Assembly (NCBI GenBank): GCA_045657205.1
Contig: JAZOSS010000132.1
Location: 1 to 42,886, forward strand
DNA length: 42,886 nt
From: Eubacteriales bacterium
GTDB lineage: Bacteria; Bacillota; Clostridia; Oscillospirales; CAG-272
Direction: 5' to 3'
A program made the position numbers and the translations under genes. Below are positions 25,921-33,466 of this stretch, one piece after another; the stretch's first letter is position 1; every line of letters begins with the position of its first letter. The notes under the pieces are model-generated. The model saw nothing but the letters and a program-made list of their open reading frames with translations, had not been told where the DNA came from and made no database searches.

Positions 25921-28861
25921 TTCGTTTCTCTCTTTGCTCTTCAAGTGCGGCGATAAGACTGCGGAGTCTTATCGTGACTGCGCCGAGGTTTGTTATTTCG
26001 TCTATTTTAAGCTGTGTATAAAGCTTTCCGCCTTTTGCCAGAATATCGCGTATTTCATCGGTCGTTATGGCATCGAGTCCGCAACCGAAGGACACGAGCT
26101 GTACGAGCTGTGCTGACGGAGTTCTGTTTACGAAATTTGCCGCTGCGTACATTCTTGAATGGTACGTCCACTGATTAAGCACCGAAACTCTCGGCATATC
26201 AGCCATTGATGCTGCGGCATCTTCGCTTATAACGACGAAGCCGAGGCGTGTTGCAAGCTCGTTTATTCCGTGGTTTATCAAGGGGTCGGTATGATAAGGT
26301 CTGCCTGCAAGCACCATTATCGGAAGGTTATTTTCCCGAGCGTATCTTACGGCATCCTTACCGAAGGAATTTATCTTTTCTCTGTATTTTTCAACAGCCT
26401 CAAAGCCTTTGTCAAGTCCCTCTGCGATATCCTTTTTCTTCACGTTTACGTGTTCCTTCAAAGTATCGAAAAGCGTGTTTTTAAGCTGTTTTTTGTTGTT
26501 TATATCGAGGTACGGGTACAAAAACGGAATGTTTCCGATCTCGTCCATATTGCCGCGTACGACCTCGGGATAGTATGCAACGAGGGGGCAGTTGTAGCAG
26601 TTGTCACCTTTCTTTTCATCAAAATTCCAAGTCATACACGGGTAGAAGATGAAGTCGGGCTTTTGCTCTATCAGCTTTATCATCTGACCGTGGACGAGCT
26701 TGGCAGGATAGCAGGCGGTATCGGACGGTATACTCTGCTGGCCTATCATATACGAACGTACGTCAGCGCCTCCGCCGAAAAATACGTTACAGCCTATGTG
26801 AGTAAAGAAAGCGTGCCAAAGCGGTGCCGTTTCGTAAAGGTTGAGTGCCATCGGTATTCCGACCTTAACTTCACCGCGGCTTTCCTTTTCAAGTGAATAA
26901 AGGAGCTTTTGTTTTTCCTTATATATATCGGGAAGATCGTTTTTCTCTTTCGCCGCGCCTACACCGAATATCTTTTCGCATCTGTTACCGGAAACGAATC
27001 TTCTTCCGCCCGAGAACGTGTTTACGGTTACCGTACAGCGGTTTTCGCATCCTGCACAGCGTGCCGTTTTTGCCGTATGCACGAACTCATTGAGTTCGTC
27101 TTCCGTAAGAAGCGAGGATGTATGTGCTTTTCTTTTTTCTTTTGCGTAAAGTGCGGCGCCGTACGCGCCCATTATACCTGCTATTGACGGACGTGTTACA
27201 AGGCGTTTCGTTTGCATTTCAAAGCTTCGCAAAACGGCGTCGTTATTGAACGTACCGCCCTGAACGACGATGCGCCGTCCGAGATCGTCGGGGTTATTTA
27301 TTCTTATTACTTTATAAAGTGCGTTATTTACAACACTGCAGGAAAGTCCTGCGGAAATATCTTCAACGGATGCACCGTTTTTCTGCGCTTCCTTAACGGA
27401 GGAATTCATAAAAACAGTACAGCGTGAGCCGAGATTTACGGGTGCTTTTGAGAAAAGCCCGATCTTTGAAAACTCCTCGGCTGACATATTCATCGTATGT
27501 GCAAACGTTTCAAGAAACGATCCGCAACCCGACGAACACGCTTCGTTAAGCATAATATTGTCAATGACGCCGTCTTTTATCTTGAAGCACTTTATATCCT
27601 GACCGCCGATATCTATAAGAAATTCCACGTCGGGGTCAAAATGCTTTGCCGCTTTGAGATGCGCGGCAGTTTCGACAAGTCCGAAATCAAGGCGGAAGGC
27701 GTTTTTCACAAGCTCCTCACCGTAGCCTGTCGAGGTACAAGCGGCGATATTTATATTTTTACATTTTTTTCGTATTATTTCAAGCTGTTCTTTGACGACG
27801 GAAACAGGATTGCCCTTATTTGATGCGTAATACGTATACAAAAGTCCGCCGTCGGCGTCGATAAGTGCAAGCTTCGTCGTTGTCGAGCCGCAGTCAATAC
27901 CGAGAAAGGCATCGCCCTTATACGTTTCGATATCCGTTTTTTTGACATCCGCCTTGCCGTGGCGTGCCAAAAACTCGTCGTACTGCTGTTTATTTTCAAA
28001 AAGCGGTTCGAGCGTATCACTCTTTTCGGATATACCGACTGCGTTTTCTATTTTGTCTATAAGCTCGTCTATTGTAAAAGAAGTTTTGTTTTTATCCGAA
28101 CAGAACGCCGCGCCCATGGCAACGGAAAATCTTCCGTAATCGGGGAAAAGTGCATTTTTTTCCGTCAGCTTGAGCGTTTCGGTAAATCTTTTTCTCAGTC
28201 CCTTATTATAATAAAGAGGACCGCCCAAAAACATTACCTTTCCTTCTATTTTTCTGCCTCGTGCAAGGCCTGCTATCGTCTGGTTCACGACTGCCTGGTA
28301 TATACTTGCGGCAATATCTTCTTTTCTTGCGCCCTGATTTATAAGCGGCTGTATATCCGTTTTTGCAAAAACTCCGCAACGTGAGGCTATGGGATATATC
28401 TGCTCGGATTTAAGGCTCAATTCGTCAAGCTCATCGGGGGTAACGTCCATAAGGCTTGCCATCTGGTCGATAAAAGCACCCGTACCGCCTGCACAGCTTC
28501 CGTTCATTCTTTCGTCAAGTGCGCCTTTGAAATATATTATTTTGGCATCCTCGCCACCAAGCTCAACGACTATATCCGTATCGGGACTCATATTTTTCAC
28601 AAGCTCGCCCGTTGCAAAAACTTCCTGTATGTAAGGGATATTTGCGGCATTTGAAAGCCCGAGCCCTGCCGAGCCGGATATCATTATCTTAACGGTGCCG
28701 TCCGTCATAAGCGGACTTGCTTTTTTTAAAAGCTCCAGTGATTTTTCTCTCGTTTTCGCCATATGGCGTGCGTACTCGCTGAATACTGTATACCCGTCAC
28801 AGCTTACTACAAGCTTTGCAGTTGTAGAGCCAATATCGAGTCCGACGTTATAAATTTTCAT
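25913..28861 (-). CDS. Fusion protein with two BcrAD/BadFG/HgdC-type ATPase (activase) modules plus a C-terminal DUF2229-like domain
   Basis: Module 1 has GLDIGSTTAKLVV, GSCAGGTGAFID and SRCGVFAKTD. Module 2 has GIDCGSTTTKLAL, EACSSGCGSFLE and SRCTVFMNSS. The C-terminal region of about 370 aa contains DTACYPAKL. The ATG at 28861 has a GGAGG RBS. Confidence 0.8.
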   Translation of the reverse strand: MKIYNVGLDIGSTTAKLVVSCDGYTVFSEYARHMAKTREKSLELLKKASPLMTDGTVKIMISGSAGLGLSNAANIPYIQEVFATGELVKNMSPDTDIVVELGGEDAKIIYFKGALDERMNGSCAGGTGAFIDQMASLMDVTPDELDELSLKSEQIYPIASRCGVFAKTDIQPLINQGARKEDIAASIYQAVVNQTIAGLARGRKIEGKVMFLGGPLYYNKGLRKRFTETLKLTEKNALFPDYGRFSVAMGAAFCSDKNKTSFTIDELIDKIENAVGISEKSDTLEPLFENKQQYDEFLARHGKADVKKTDIETYKGDAFLGIDCGSTTTKLALIDADGGLLYTYYASNKGNPVSVVKEQLEIIRKKCKNINIAACTSTGYGEELVKNAFRLDFGLVETAAHLKAAKHFDPDVEFLIDIGGQDIKCFKIKDGVIDNIMLNEACSSGCGSFLETFAHTMNMSAEEFSKIGLFSKAPVNLGSRCTVFMNSSVKEAQKNGASVEDISAGLSCSVVNNALYKVIRINNPDDLGRRIVVQGGTFNNDAVLRSFEMQTKRLVTRPSIAGIMGAYGAALYAKEKRKAHTSSLLTEDELNEFVHTAKTARCAGCENRCTVTVNTFSGGRRFVSGNRCEKIFGVGAAKEKNDLPDIYKEKQKLLYSLEKESRGEVKVGIPMALNLYETAPLWHAFFTHIGCNVFFGGGADVRSYMIGQQSIPSDTACYPAKLVHGQMIKLIEQKPDFIFYPCMTWNFDEKKGDNCYNCPLVAYYPEVVRGNMDEIGNIPFLYPYLDINNKKQLKNTLFDTLKEHVNVKKKDIAEGLDKGFEAVEKYREKINSFGKDAVRYARENNLPIMVLAGRPYHTDPLINHGINELATRLGFVVISEDAAASMADMPRVSVLNQWTYHSRMYAAANFVNRTPSAQLVQLVSFGCGLDAITTDEIRDILAKGGKLYTQLKIDEITNLGAVTIRLRSLIAALEEQREKRNG

Positions 28862-28894
28862 CCCGAAGCCTCCTTCTTTTATCTGTAACGACAC

Positions 28895-28923
28895 ATTGTA
28901 CATCTTTTATTTTCTTTTTTCAA
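28895..28923 (-). promoter_or_regulatory. Promoter of the activase/dehydratase-like/yqeG operon
   Basis: The minus strand reads TTGAAA (plus 28918-28923), a 17-nt spacer, then TACAAT (plus 28895-28900). Confidence 0.6.
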
Positions 28924-29099
28924 TACACAAAATGTAATATTTTACGAACTGTTTTGCCGATAATCTTTTCGATTCACCCTATTTTTGAGAAAACAAAAGG
29001 CAAAAGCCACCGAAAAACAAGATGTCTTTTACCTTTGATATTCATATGTAAAAATCAAATTGAATCTTATAATATGAAGAAAAAACTGATACGCGTTAT

Positions 29100-29933
29100 T
29101 TACGTTTCATCCCTGTTTATCACCCTCGGTGCTTCTTCAAGAAGCTCGGGGTTTTTTAAATATTCGCTGACGCGTCTGAAAGCCATGGCAAAATAAGAGC
29201 CTGAGCATATTCTTTCATCCATAACGACTCCGAGCGGTATACATCTTTCAAATATGGGTTTTTCTTCCTTCATTTTAATAACGTAACGCGGGTTGCCCAT
29301 TGAAATAAATACGCTCGTCGTGCCGAATTCGTATGTATGGTGATATATATGGTTAGTTCTTATGGAAGCAAGGTTCGTTATTCCGAGCGACATATGGAAG
29401 GGGCTTGCGTCTATTATCTTTTTCGGCAAAATTCCGTGCTTATCGAGAAATTTGAAAAGTCCGACGCCGACGTTGCAAAGTCCCGGCACCTTCAAAAGCT
29501 TTTTTATGATATCGTCCGTTGAGTTCGTATCGCCCGACTGTCTGTTTTTTTCGATAAATTCGTCTATTTTCCGTTGTACGTCGAATATCGTATCCTCGTA
29601 ATCAAAGTACATTTTCGACATTGTGCCGTGTCCGTCGTCATCGGGTTTTAACACGACCATGCCGACGGCAAATTCGTTTCTTGCGTATATCTTTTTATTT
29701 ACGACAAATCTGTTGAGCGCGGGATATTCCGCCGCCGTACGCAGATAAGCGCTTATCACGAGTGCAAGATGCGATATTTTATATTCTCTTCTTTTTGCGA
29801 TATATTTCTTTATGGGTTCAAGCGGAATATCAACTGTTATCATATTCATAGAATCGACACGTTTACTCATAATGTACGCGCCAACGGTGTACATGGGATC
29901 TGCGTTCTTTATTCTTTTTCCGTCTGCTCTCAT
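29100..29933 (-). CDS. Stand-alone 2-oxoacid dehydrogenase E2 / CAT-fold acyltransferase-like protein
   Basis: The C-terminal LGVVMDERICSGSYFAMAF aligns by eye to the E2 catalytic motif DHRxxDG...F. Length is 277 aa, with no lipoyl or subunit-binding domains. Confidence 0.5.
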   Translation of the reverse strand: MRADGKRIKNADPMYTVGAYIMSKRVDSMNMITVDIPLEPIKKYIAKRREYKISHLALVISAYLRTAAEYPALNRFVVNKKIYARNEFAVGMVVLKPDDDGHGTMSKMYFDYEDTIFDVQRKIDEFIEKNRQSGDTNSTDDIIKKLLKVPGLCNVGVGLFKFLDKHGILPKKIIDASPFHMSLGITNLASIRTNHIYHHTYEFGTTSVFISMGNPRYVIKMKEEKPIFERCIPLGVVMDERICSGSYFAMAFRRVSEYLKNPELLEEAPRVINRDET

Positions 29934-29970
29934 TTTTCCTCCGGATGATCTTTCGGATTTTTTTCAATCT

Positions 29971-29999
29971 ATTATATCATATTACGACACAAATTGCAA
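29971..29999 (-). promoter_or_regulatory. Promoter of the E2-like gene
   Basis: The minus strand reads TTGCAA (29994-29999), a 17-nt spacer with a TGa extended -10, then TATAAT (plus 29971-29976). Confidence 0.6.
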
Positions 30000-30034
30000 T
30001 ATTTTTTAACATCTGCCGTATATTACGTTCGTTT

Positions 30035-30916
30035 CTATTGTTTTTTGTGTGAAAGGATCATATCGACAAGCTCCTTTGCGGGAAGCGGAAGCGTGTGCCC
30101 CTTCTTTCTTACAAGGACTATTTCTCTTTGAGAAAGCGGAGTTTTCATAATTATTTTCCTTATATTATTTTCGGTATCGAGAAACTCCTCGGGCACGAAG
30201 CCTATTCCGAGTCCGTATTTCACAAGCGGTATTATCTGGTCTGCCGTTGCCGCTTCGATATCGGGAGAAAAGACACAGCCGTGTTTTATAAATTCATCGC
30301 TGTAAAAATCAAACGTGGACGTGCCTTGTCCGAGTGATATTATCGGATAATTTTGCAGATCTTTAAATCCTATACCGTTTTCAACTTCAAGATCATTACT
30401 GCACACGGGAACTTCCCTTAAATCTGACAGCTTTACGACCGAAAGCTTTGAAGTTATATCGGCAGGCGTTGTGACTATAGCAACATCGACAAGACTGCTG
30501 TTTATCATTTTCAGTGCCTGCGGAGTTGATACGTTCAGTATTTTTATTCTTATTCCCGGATACATTCTGTGATAACGGCTCAAAACGGGCAAAAGATAAC
30601 AGTGCAAGGCTATTTCGGTCGCACCGACGGACACGACTCCGCGTTCCATACTGTGCTTTGCCGACACGGCAAGCTCTCCTGCTTCGATATGCTCAAAGGC
30701 AATCGAAATATGCTCGTAAAGCTCCTTTCCGTCGGATGTCAGCCGCACGCCTTTGTTCGTACGTTCAAACAGCGTGCATCCAAGCTGTTTTTCAAGAGTT
30801 TTGACAGCTCTCGTCAAATTCGGCTGATTGGCATACATAACCTCGGCGGCACGCGTAAAGCTTTTATATTTTGCCACATTATAAAATATTCTGTAATGAT
30901 CGTAGCTGATGTTCAT
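30035..30916 (-). CDS. LysR-family transcriptional regulator
   Basis: It has an N-terminal winged HTH (YRIFYNVAKYKSFTRAAEVMYANQPNLTRAVKTLEKQLGCTLFERT) and a C-terminal substrate-binding domain. Length is 293 aa. Confidence 0.9.
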   Translation of the reverse strand: MNISYDHYRIFYNVAKYKSFTRAAEVMYANQPNLTRAVKTLEKQLGCTLFERTNKGVRLTSDGKELYEHISIAFEHIEAGELAVSAKHSMERGVVSVGATEIALHCYLLPVLSRYHRMYPGIRIKILNVSTPQALKMINSSLVDVAIVTTPADITSKLSVVKLSDLREVPVCSNDLEVENGIGFKDLQNYPIISLGQGTSTFDFYSDEFIKHGCVFSPDIEAATADQIIPLVKYGLGIGFVPEEFLDTENNIRKIIMKTPLSQREIVLVRKKGHTLPLPAKELVDMILSHKKQ

Positions 30917-30944
30917 AAGTTCTCCATATCAATTCGATATATTA

Positions 30945-30961
30945 TGTATAACGGATATACA
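30945..30961. promoter_or_regulatory. Candidate LysR-type T-N11-A operator
   Basis: TGTATAACGGATATACA is a perfect 6-bp inverted repeat (TGTATA-N5-TATACA) containing T-N11-A. It lies in the lysR leader, just upstream of the divergent -35 element. Confidence 0.5.
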
Positions 30962-30962
30962 T

Positions 30963-30991
30963 TTTACATATACGCACATTTGTATTATAAT
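30963..30991 (+). promoter_or_regulatory. Promoter of the small PQ-loop-like membrane protein gene
   Basis: TTTACA (30963-30968), a 17-nt spacer, then TATAAT (30986-30991). Confidence 0.6.
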
Positions 30992-31012
30992 ACCGTCAAA
31001 ATAAATTGTCAA
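30984..31012 (-). promoter_or_regulatory. Promoter of the LysR gene; its -10 overlaps the -10 of the divergent promoter
   Basis: The minus strand reads TTGACA (plus 31007-31012), a 17-nt spacer, then TATAAT (plus 30984-30989). The shared palindromic core is ATTATAAT. Confidence 0.6.
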
Positions 31013-31027
31013 TACGGGGGTCAAAAA

Positions 31028-31348
31028 ATGGAGATTTCTTTTATCACCGAGCTTATGGAAGCTTTTACGATATTTTGCTTCGGCCTTTCCTGGCCTGTTT
31101 CAATACGCAAATCGCTCATATCGAAGACGGCAAAGGGCAAGAGCTTGTTTTTTGAAGTATTTTTGCTTATCGGATACGCCATCGGTATATTCCGCAAGAT
31201 GATCCAGCTCACTGTTTTGGGATGCAGCGGTACGATATTCTTTCTCGGCTTTTTCTTCTACATTTTAAACTTTGCCGAGATCTGCTTTGACGTATACTTA
31301 TACTTCCGCAACTGCAAGTACGACAGGCTGAGAGAAAACGCTGTGTAA
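31028..31348 (+). CDS. Small 3-TM membrane protein, PQ-loop/SemiSWEET-like
   Basis: The 106-aa protein begins MEISFITELMEAFTIFCFGLSWPVSIRKSLISKTAKGKS, which resembles the PQ-loop signature followed by K..K.ks..g.S. Only the last 321 nt of ORF 30569..31348 are plausible, because the upstream part is antisense to lysR. Confidence 0.4.
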   Translation: MEISFITELMEAFTIFCFGLSWPVSIRKSLISKTAKGKSLFFEVFLLIGYAIGIFRKMIQLTVLGCSGTIFFLGFFFYILNFAEICFDVYLYFRNCKYDRLRENAV

Positions 31349-31376
31349 GGCTTTAATTAAAATTTACATTCAAGTA

Positions 31377-31405
31377 TTGAAAAAAAGCTCATAATATGGT
31401 AAACT
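31377..31405 (+). promoter_or_regulatory. metA promoter
   Basis: TTGAAA (31377-31382), a 17-nt spacer ending in TGg, then TAAACT (31400-31405). Confidence 0.55.
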
Positions 31406-31433
31406 GTATCATTATTTTTTTCGGAGATGAACT

Positions 31434-32348
31434 ATGCCTATTAAGATACCCGACGGGCTTCCCGCGGCTGAAATATTAAGAAGTGAAAATATATTCGTTA
31501 TGAACAAGCTGCGTGCGGAAACGCAGGACATCCGTCCTTTGCAGATAGCCGTACTCAATCTTATGCCGACGAAGGAAGTGACGGAAACACAGCTCGTCCG
31601 TCTGCTTTCAAACACGTCCTTGCAGATAGAGCTTACTCTTGTAAGAGTTGACAGACACGTGTCGAAGAATTATTCGGAAGAGCATATGGGGCTTTTCTAC
31701 GCCGATTTTGACGAGATAAAGCACAGAAAGTTCGACGGTCTTATCGTCACGGGCGCGCCTGTTGAAAATCTTGATTTCAAGGAAGTAAAATATTGGGATG
31801 CGCTGTGCGAAATATTCAAGTGGGCAAAGAAAAACGTCTGCTCCACCGTATTTATCTGCTGGGCGGCGCAGGCGGCGCTTTACTATCACTACGGGATAAA
31901 CAAGCATATGCTTGACAAAAAAGCCTTCGGAATATTTGAGCACAAGGTACACACGCCGTCACACCCCATCGTACGAGGCTTTGACGAATATTTTTACGCT
32001 CCTCACTCGCGTCACTCCGCTGTAAACGAGGATGAGCTTGAAGCGGCGTTCAATCTCAAGGTGCTTGCATCGTCCGACATGGTCGGTCCGTATCTTATAT
32101 CCGACGATGCCCACAGCCGTTTCTTCATAACGGGACACTGTGAATACGATCACGATACCCTCTCTCTTGAGTATTTCAGAGATAAGAACAAGGGACTCGA
32201 CATTGACGTTCCGTATAACTATTTCCCGAATGACGATCCTGAAAAAAGGCCTCCGAACAAATGGCGCTCACACGCGCATTTGCTTTTCTCAAACTGGCTG
32301 AACTATTTCGTATATCAGAATACACCGTACGATCTCGAAAAGCTTTGA
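31434..32348 (+). CDS. metA: Homoserine O-acyltransferase (MetA family; O-acetyl or O-succinyl)
   Basis: The sequences MPIKIPDGLPAAEILRSENIFVM, ILNLMP, DGLIVTGAPVE and FICWAAQAAL (catalytic Cys) fit the family. Length is 304 aa. Confidence 0.92.
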   Translation: MPIKIPDGLPAAEILRSENIFVMNKLRAETQDIRPLQIAVLNLMPTKEVTETQLVRLLSNTSLQIELTLVRVDRHVSKNYSEEHMGLFYADFDEIKHRKFDGLIVTGAPVENLDFKEVKYWDALCEIFKWAKKNVCSTVFICWAAQAALYYHYGINKHMLDKKAFGIFEHKVHTPSHPIVRGFDEYFYAPHSRHSAVNEDELEAAFNLKVLASSDMVGPYLISDDAHSRFFITGHCEYDHDTLSLEYFRDKNKGLDIDVPYNYFPNDDPEKRPPNKWRSHAHLLFSNWLNYFVYQNTPYDLEKL

Positions 32349-32356
32349 TAACATTA

Positions 32357-32389
32357 AATCTCGGCAGAACATGCCGAGATTGATTTTTT
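32357..32389 (+). terminator. Rho-independent terminator of metA
   Basis: Stem ATCTCGGCA / TGCCGAGAT with a GAACA loop, followed by TGATTTTTT. Confidence 0.85.
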
Positions 32390-32408
32390 CAAGCGGCAAT
32401 TCGTAAAT

Positions 32409-32607
32409 CGCCCTACTACCTTGTTTCGACTAAAAGTTTACATTCGAAATCACCTCTTGTTTCCACAGATGCAAGCAAAGCGCCCGCGGCGGAAGCAAAG
32501 CGCCCGCCTGCACCCCCCCACAGCTCGCAGAGCTGCCTGCAGGCCGGGGCGCTGATTTCCTTCGGAAATCTATTGTGTAAGCTTTTAGTTGAAACAATGT
32601 ACTACGG
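32409..32607. repeat. Structured inverted-repeat element of about 200 nt, copy 2
   Basis: It aligns with 10691-10895 in the same orientation. The shared segments are CCCTACTAC(C/T)TTGTTTC(G/A)ACTAAAAGTTTACATTCG, AAGCGCCCGCCTGCACCCCCCACAGCTCGC, GAGCTGCCTGCAGGC and GATTTCCT(T/C)CGGAAATCTAT. It carries an internal duplication of GCAAAGCGCCCGC and lacks the apical hairpin of copy 1. Confidence 0.85.
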
Positions 32608-32638
32608 TAAAAATATTTTTTAAAATTTTCAAAAAACG

Positions 32639-32666
32639 TGAAACTTTTTTCGTTTTTTGGGTATTA
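32639..32666 (+). promoter_or_regulatory. Candidate ECF-type (autoregulated) promoter
   Basis: TGAAAC (32639-32644) is followed 15-16 nt later by GGTAT. This resembles the Bacillus SigW-type TGAAAC-N16-CGTA promoter and lies about 30 nt upstream of the sigma factor ATG. Confidence 0.35.
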
Positions 32667-32693
32667 ACATACGTATGATGAAAGGAGAACGGC

Positions 32694-33173
32694 ATGGAAG
32701 CCTTTGAGAATATCTATAACGAATATTTTCCCCGTGTGTACAGATTTCTTTCGGGCTTTTGTTCCGACTCTGCCTTATGTGAAGAAATTACGCAGGAGAC
32801 GTTTTACCGTGCGTACGTCAATTTCGGCAAGTACGACGGAAGCTGTGAGATCTTTACCTGGCTTGCGGCGATCGCAAAAAACACGTATTATAATTATTTA
32901 CGAAAAAACAAAATAAAATTTGTAAAGCTTGAAGTGACCGAAGAAGACGAAAACGGCGATCCCGTTGAGATAATAAGTCGTGAATACGAAGCGAAGCGTG
33001 TAAAAAAAGCCGTATCGTCACTTCCCGAAAAGTACCGCGACGTCGTGTTTTTGCGGATATATGCAAATTTATCTTACCGTGATATTGCCTTATACCTCGG
33101 TATATGCGAATCGACAGCAAAGGTAATATTTCACAGGGCAAAAGAAATGCTCAAAAAGGAGTTATCGAAATGA
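32694..33173 (+). CDS. ECF-type RNA polymerase sigma-70 family factor
   Basis: The 159-aa protein has region 2 (QETFYRAYVNFGKYDGSCEIFTWLAAIAKN) and a region 4 HTH (LSYRDIALYLGICESTAKVIFHRAKEMLK). Confidence 0.85.
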   Translation: MEAFENIYNEYFPRVYRFLSGFCSDSALCEEITQETFYRAYVNFGKYDGSCEIFTWLAAIAKNTYYNYLRKNKIKFVKLEVTEEDENGDPVEIISREYEAKRVKKAVSSLPEKYRDVVFLRIYANLSYRDIALYLGICESTAKVIFHRAKEMLKKELSK

Positions 33174-33466
33174 AGATATGTGACGTTGTAAAGGATCTGT
33201 ACGGCGTATACTGTGACGGCTTTGCAAGTGACGAAAGCAAAGCACTTATAAAAAAGCATTTAAAAAAATGCCCCGAATGTCGGGAATTTTACAAAGAAAA
33301 ATCGTTTTATCCCGCTTACGCACAGCGTGATAATTCGGGAAATTACGCCCTGCTTGCAAAAAAAATAAAGAAAAGAAAGCTTATAAGCCGCGCCCTTGCC
33401 GTTTCTTTGGTAACGGTCTTATCCGCCGCTTTACTGTGTGAGCTTTCCGAAAGGGGCAAAAAATGA
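33170..33466 (+). CDS. Anti-sigma factor, zf-HC2 type, with a single C-terminal TM segment and essentially no extracytoplasmic domain
   Basis: HLKKCPEC fits H-x3-C-x2-C. The TM segment is LISRALAVSLVTVLSAALLC. Its ATG overlaps the sigma stop (ATGA). Length is 98 aa. Confidence 0.7.
   Translation: MKICDVVKDLYGVYCDGFASDESKALIKKHLKKCPECREFYKEKSFYPAYAQRDNSGNYALLAKKIKKRKLISRALAVSLVTVLSAALLCELSERGKK

Noticed and set aside
26270-26896. A 208-aa ORF antisense to the activase fusion gene
   Set aside because: The opposite strand carries conserved activase/DUF2229 motifs, and this ORF has no RBS or motif.
30569-31027. The first 459 nt of ORF 30569..31348
   Set aside because: This part is antisense to the LysR gene and spans the intergenic promoters. 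Only the segment from the ATG at 31028 encodes a plausible membrane protein.
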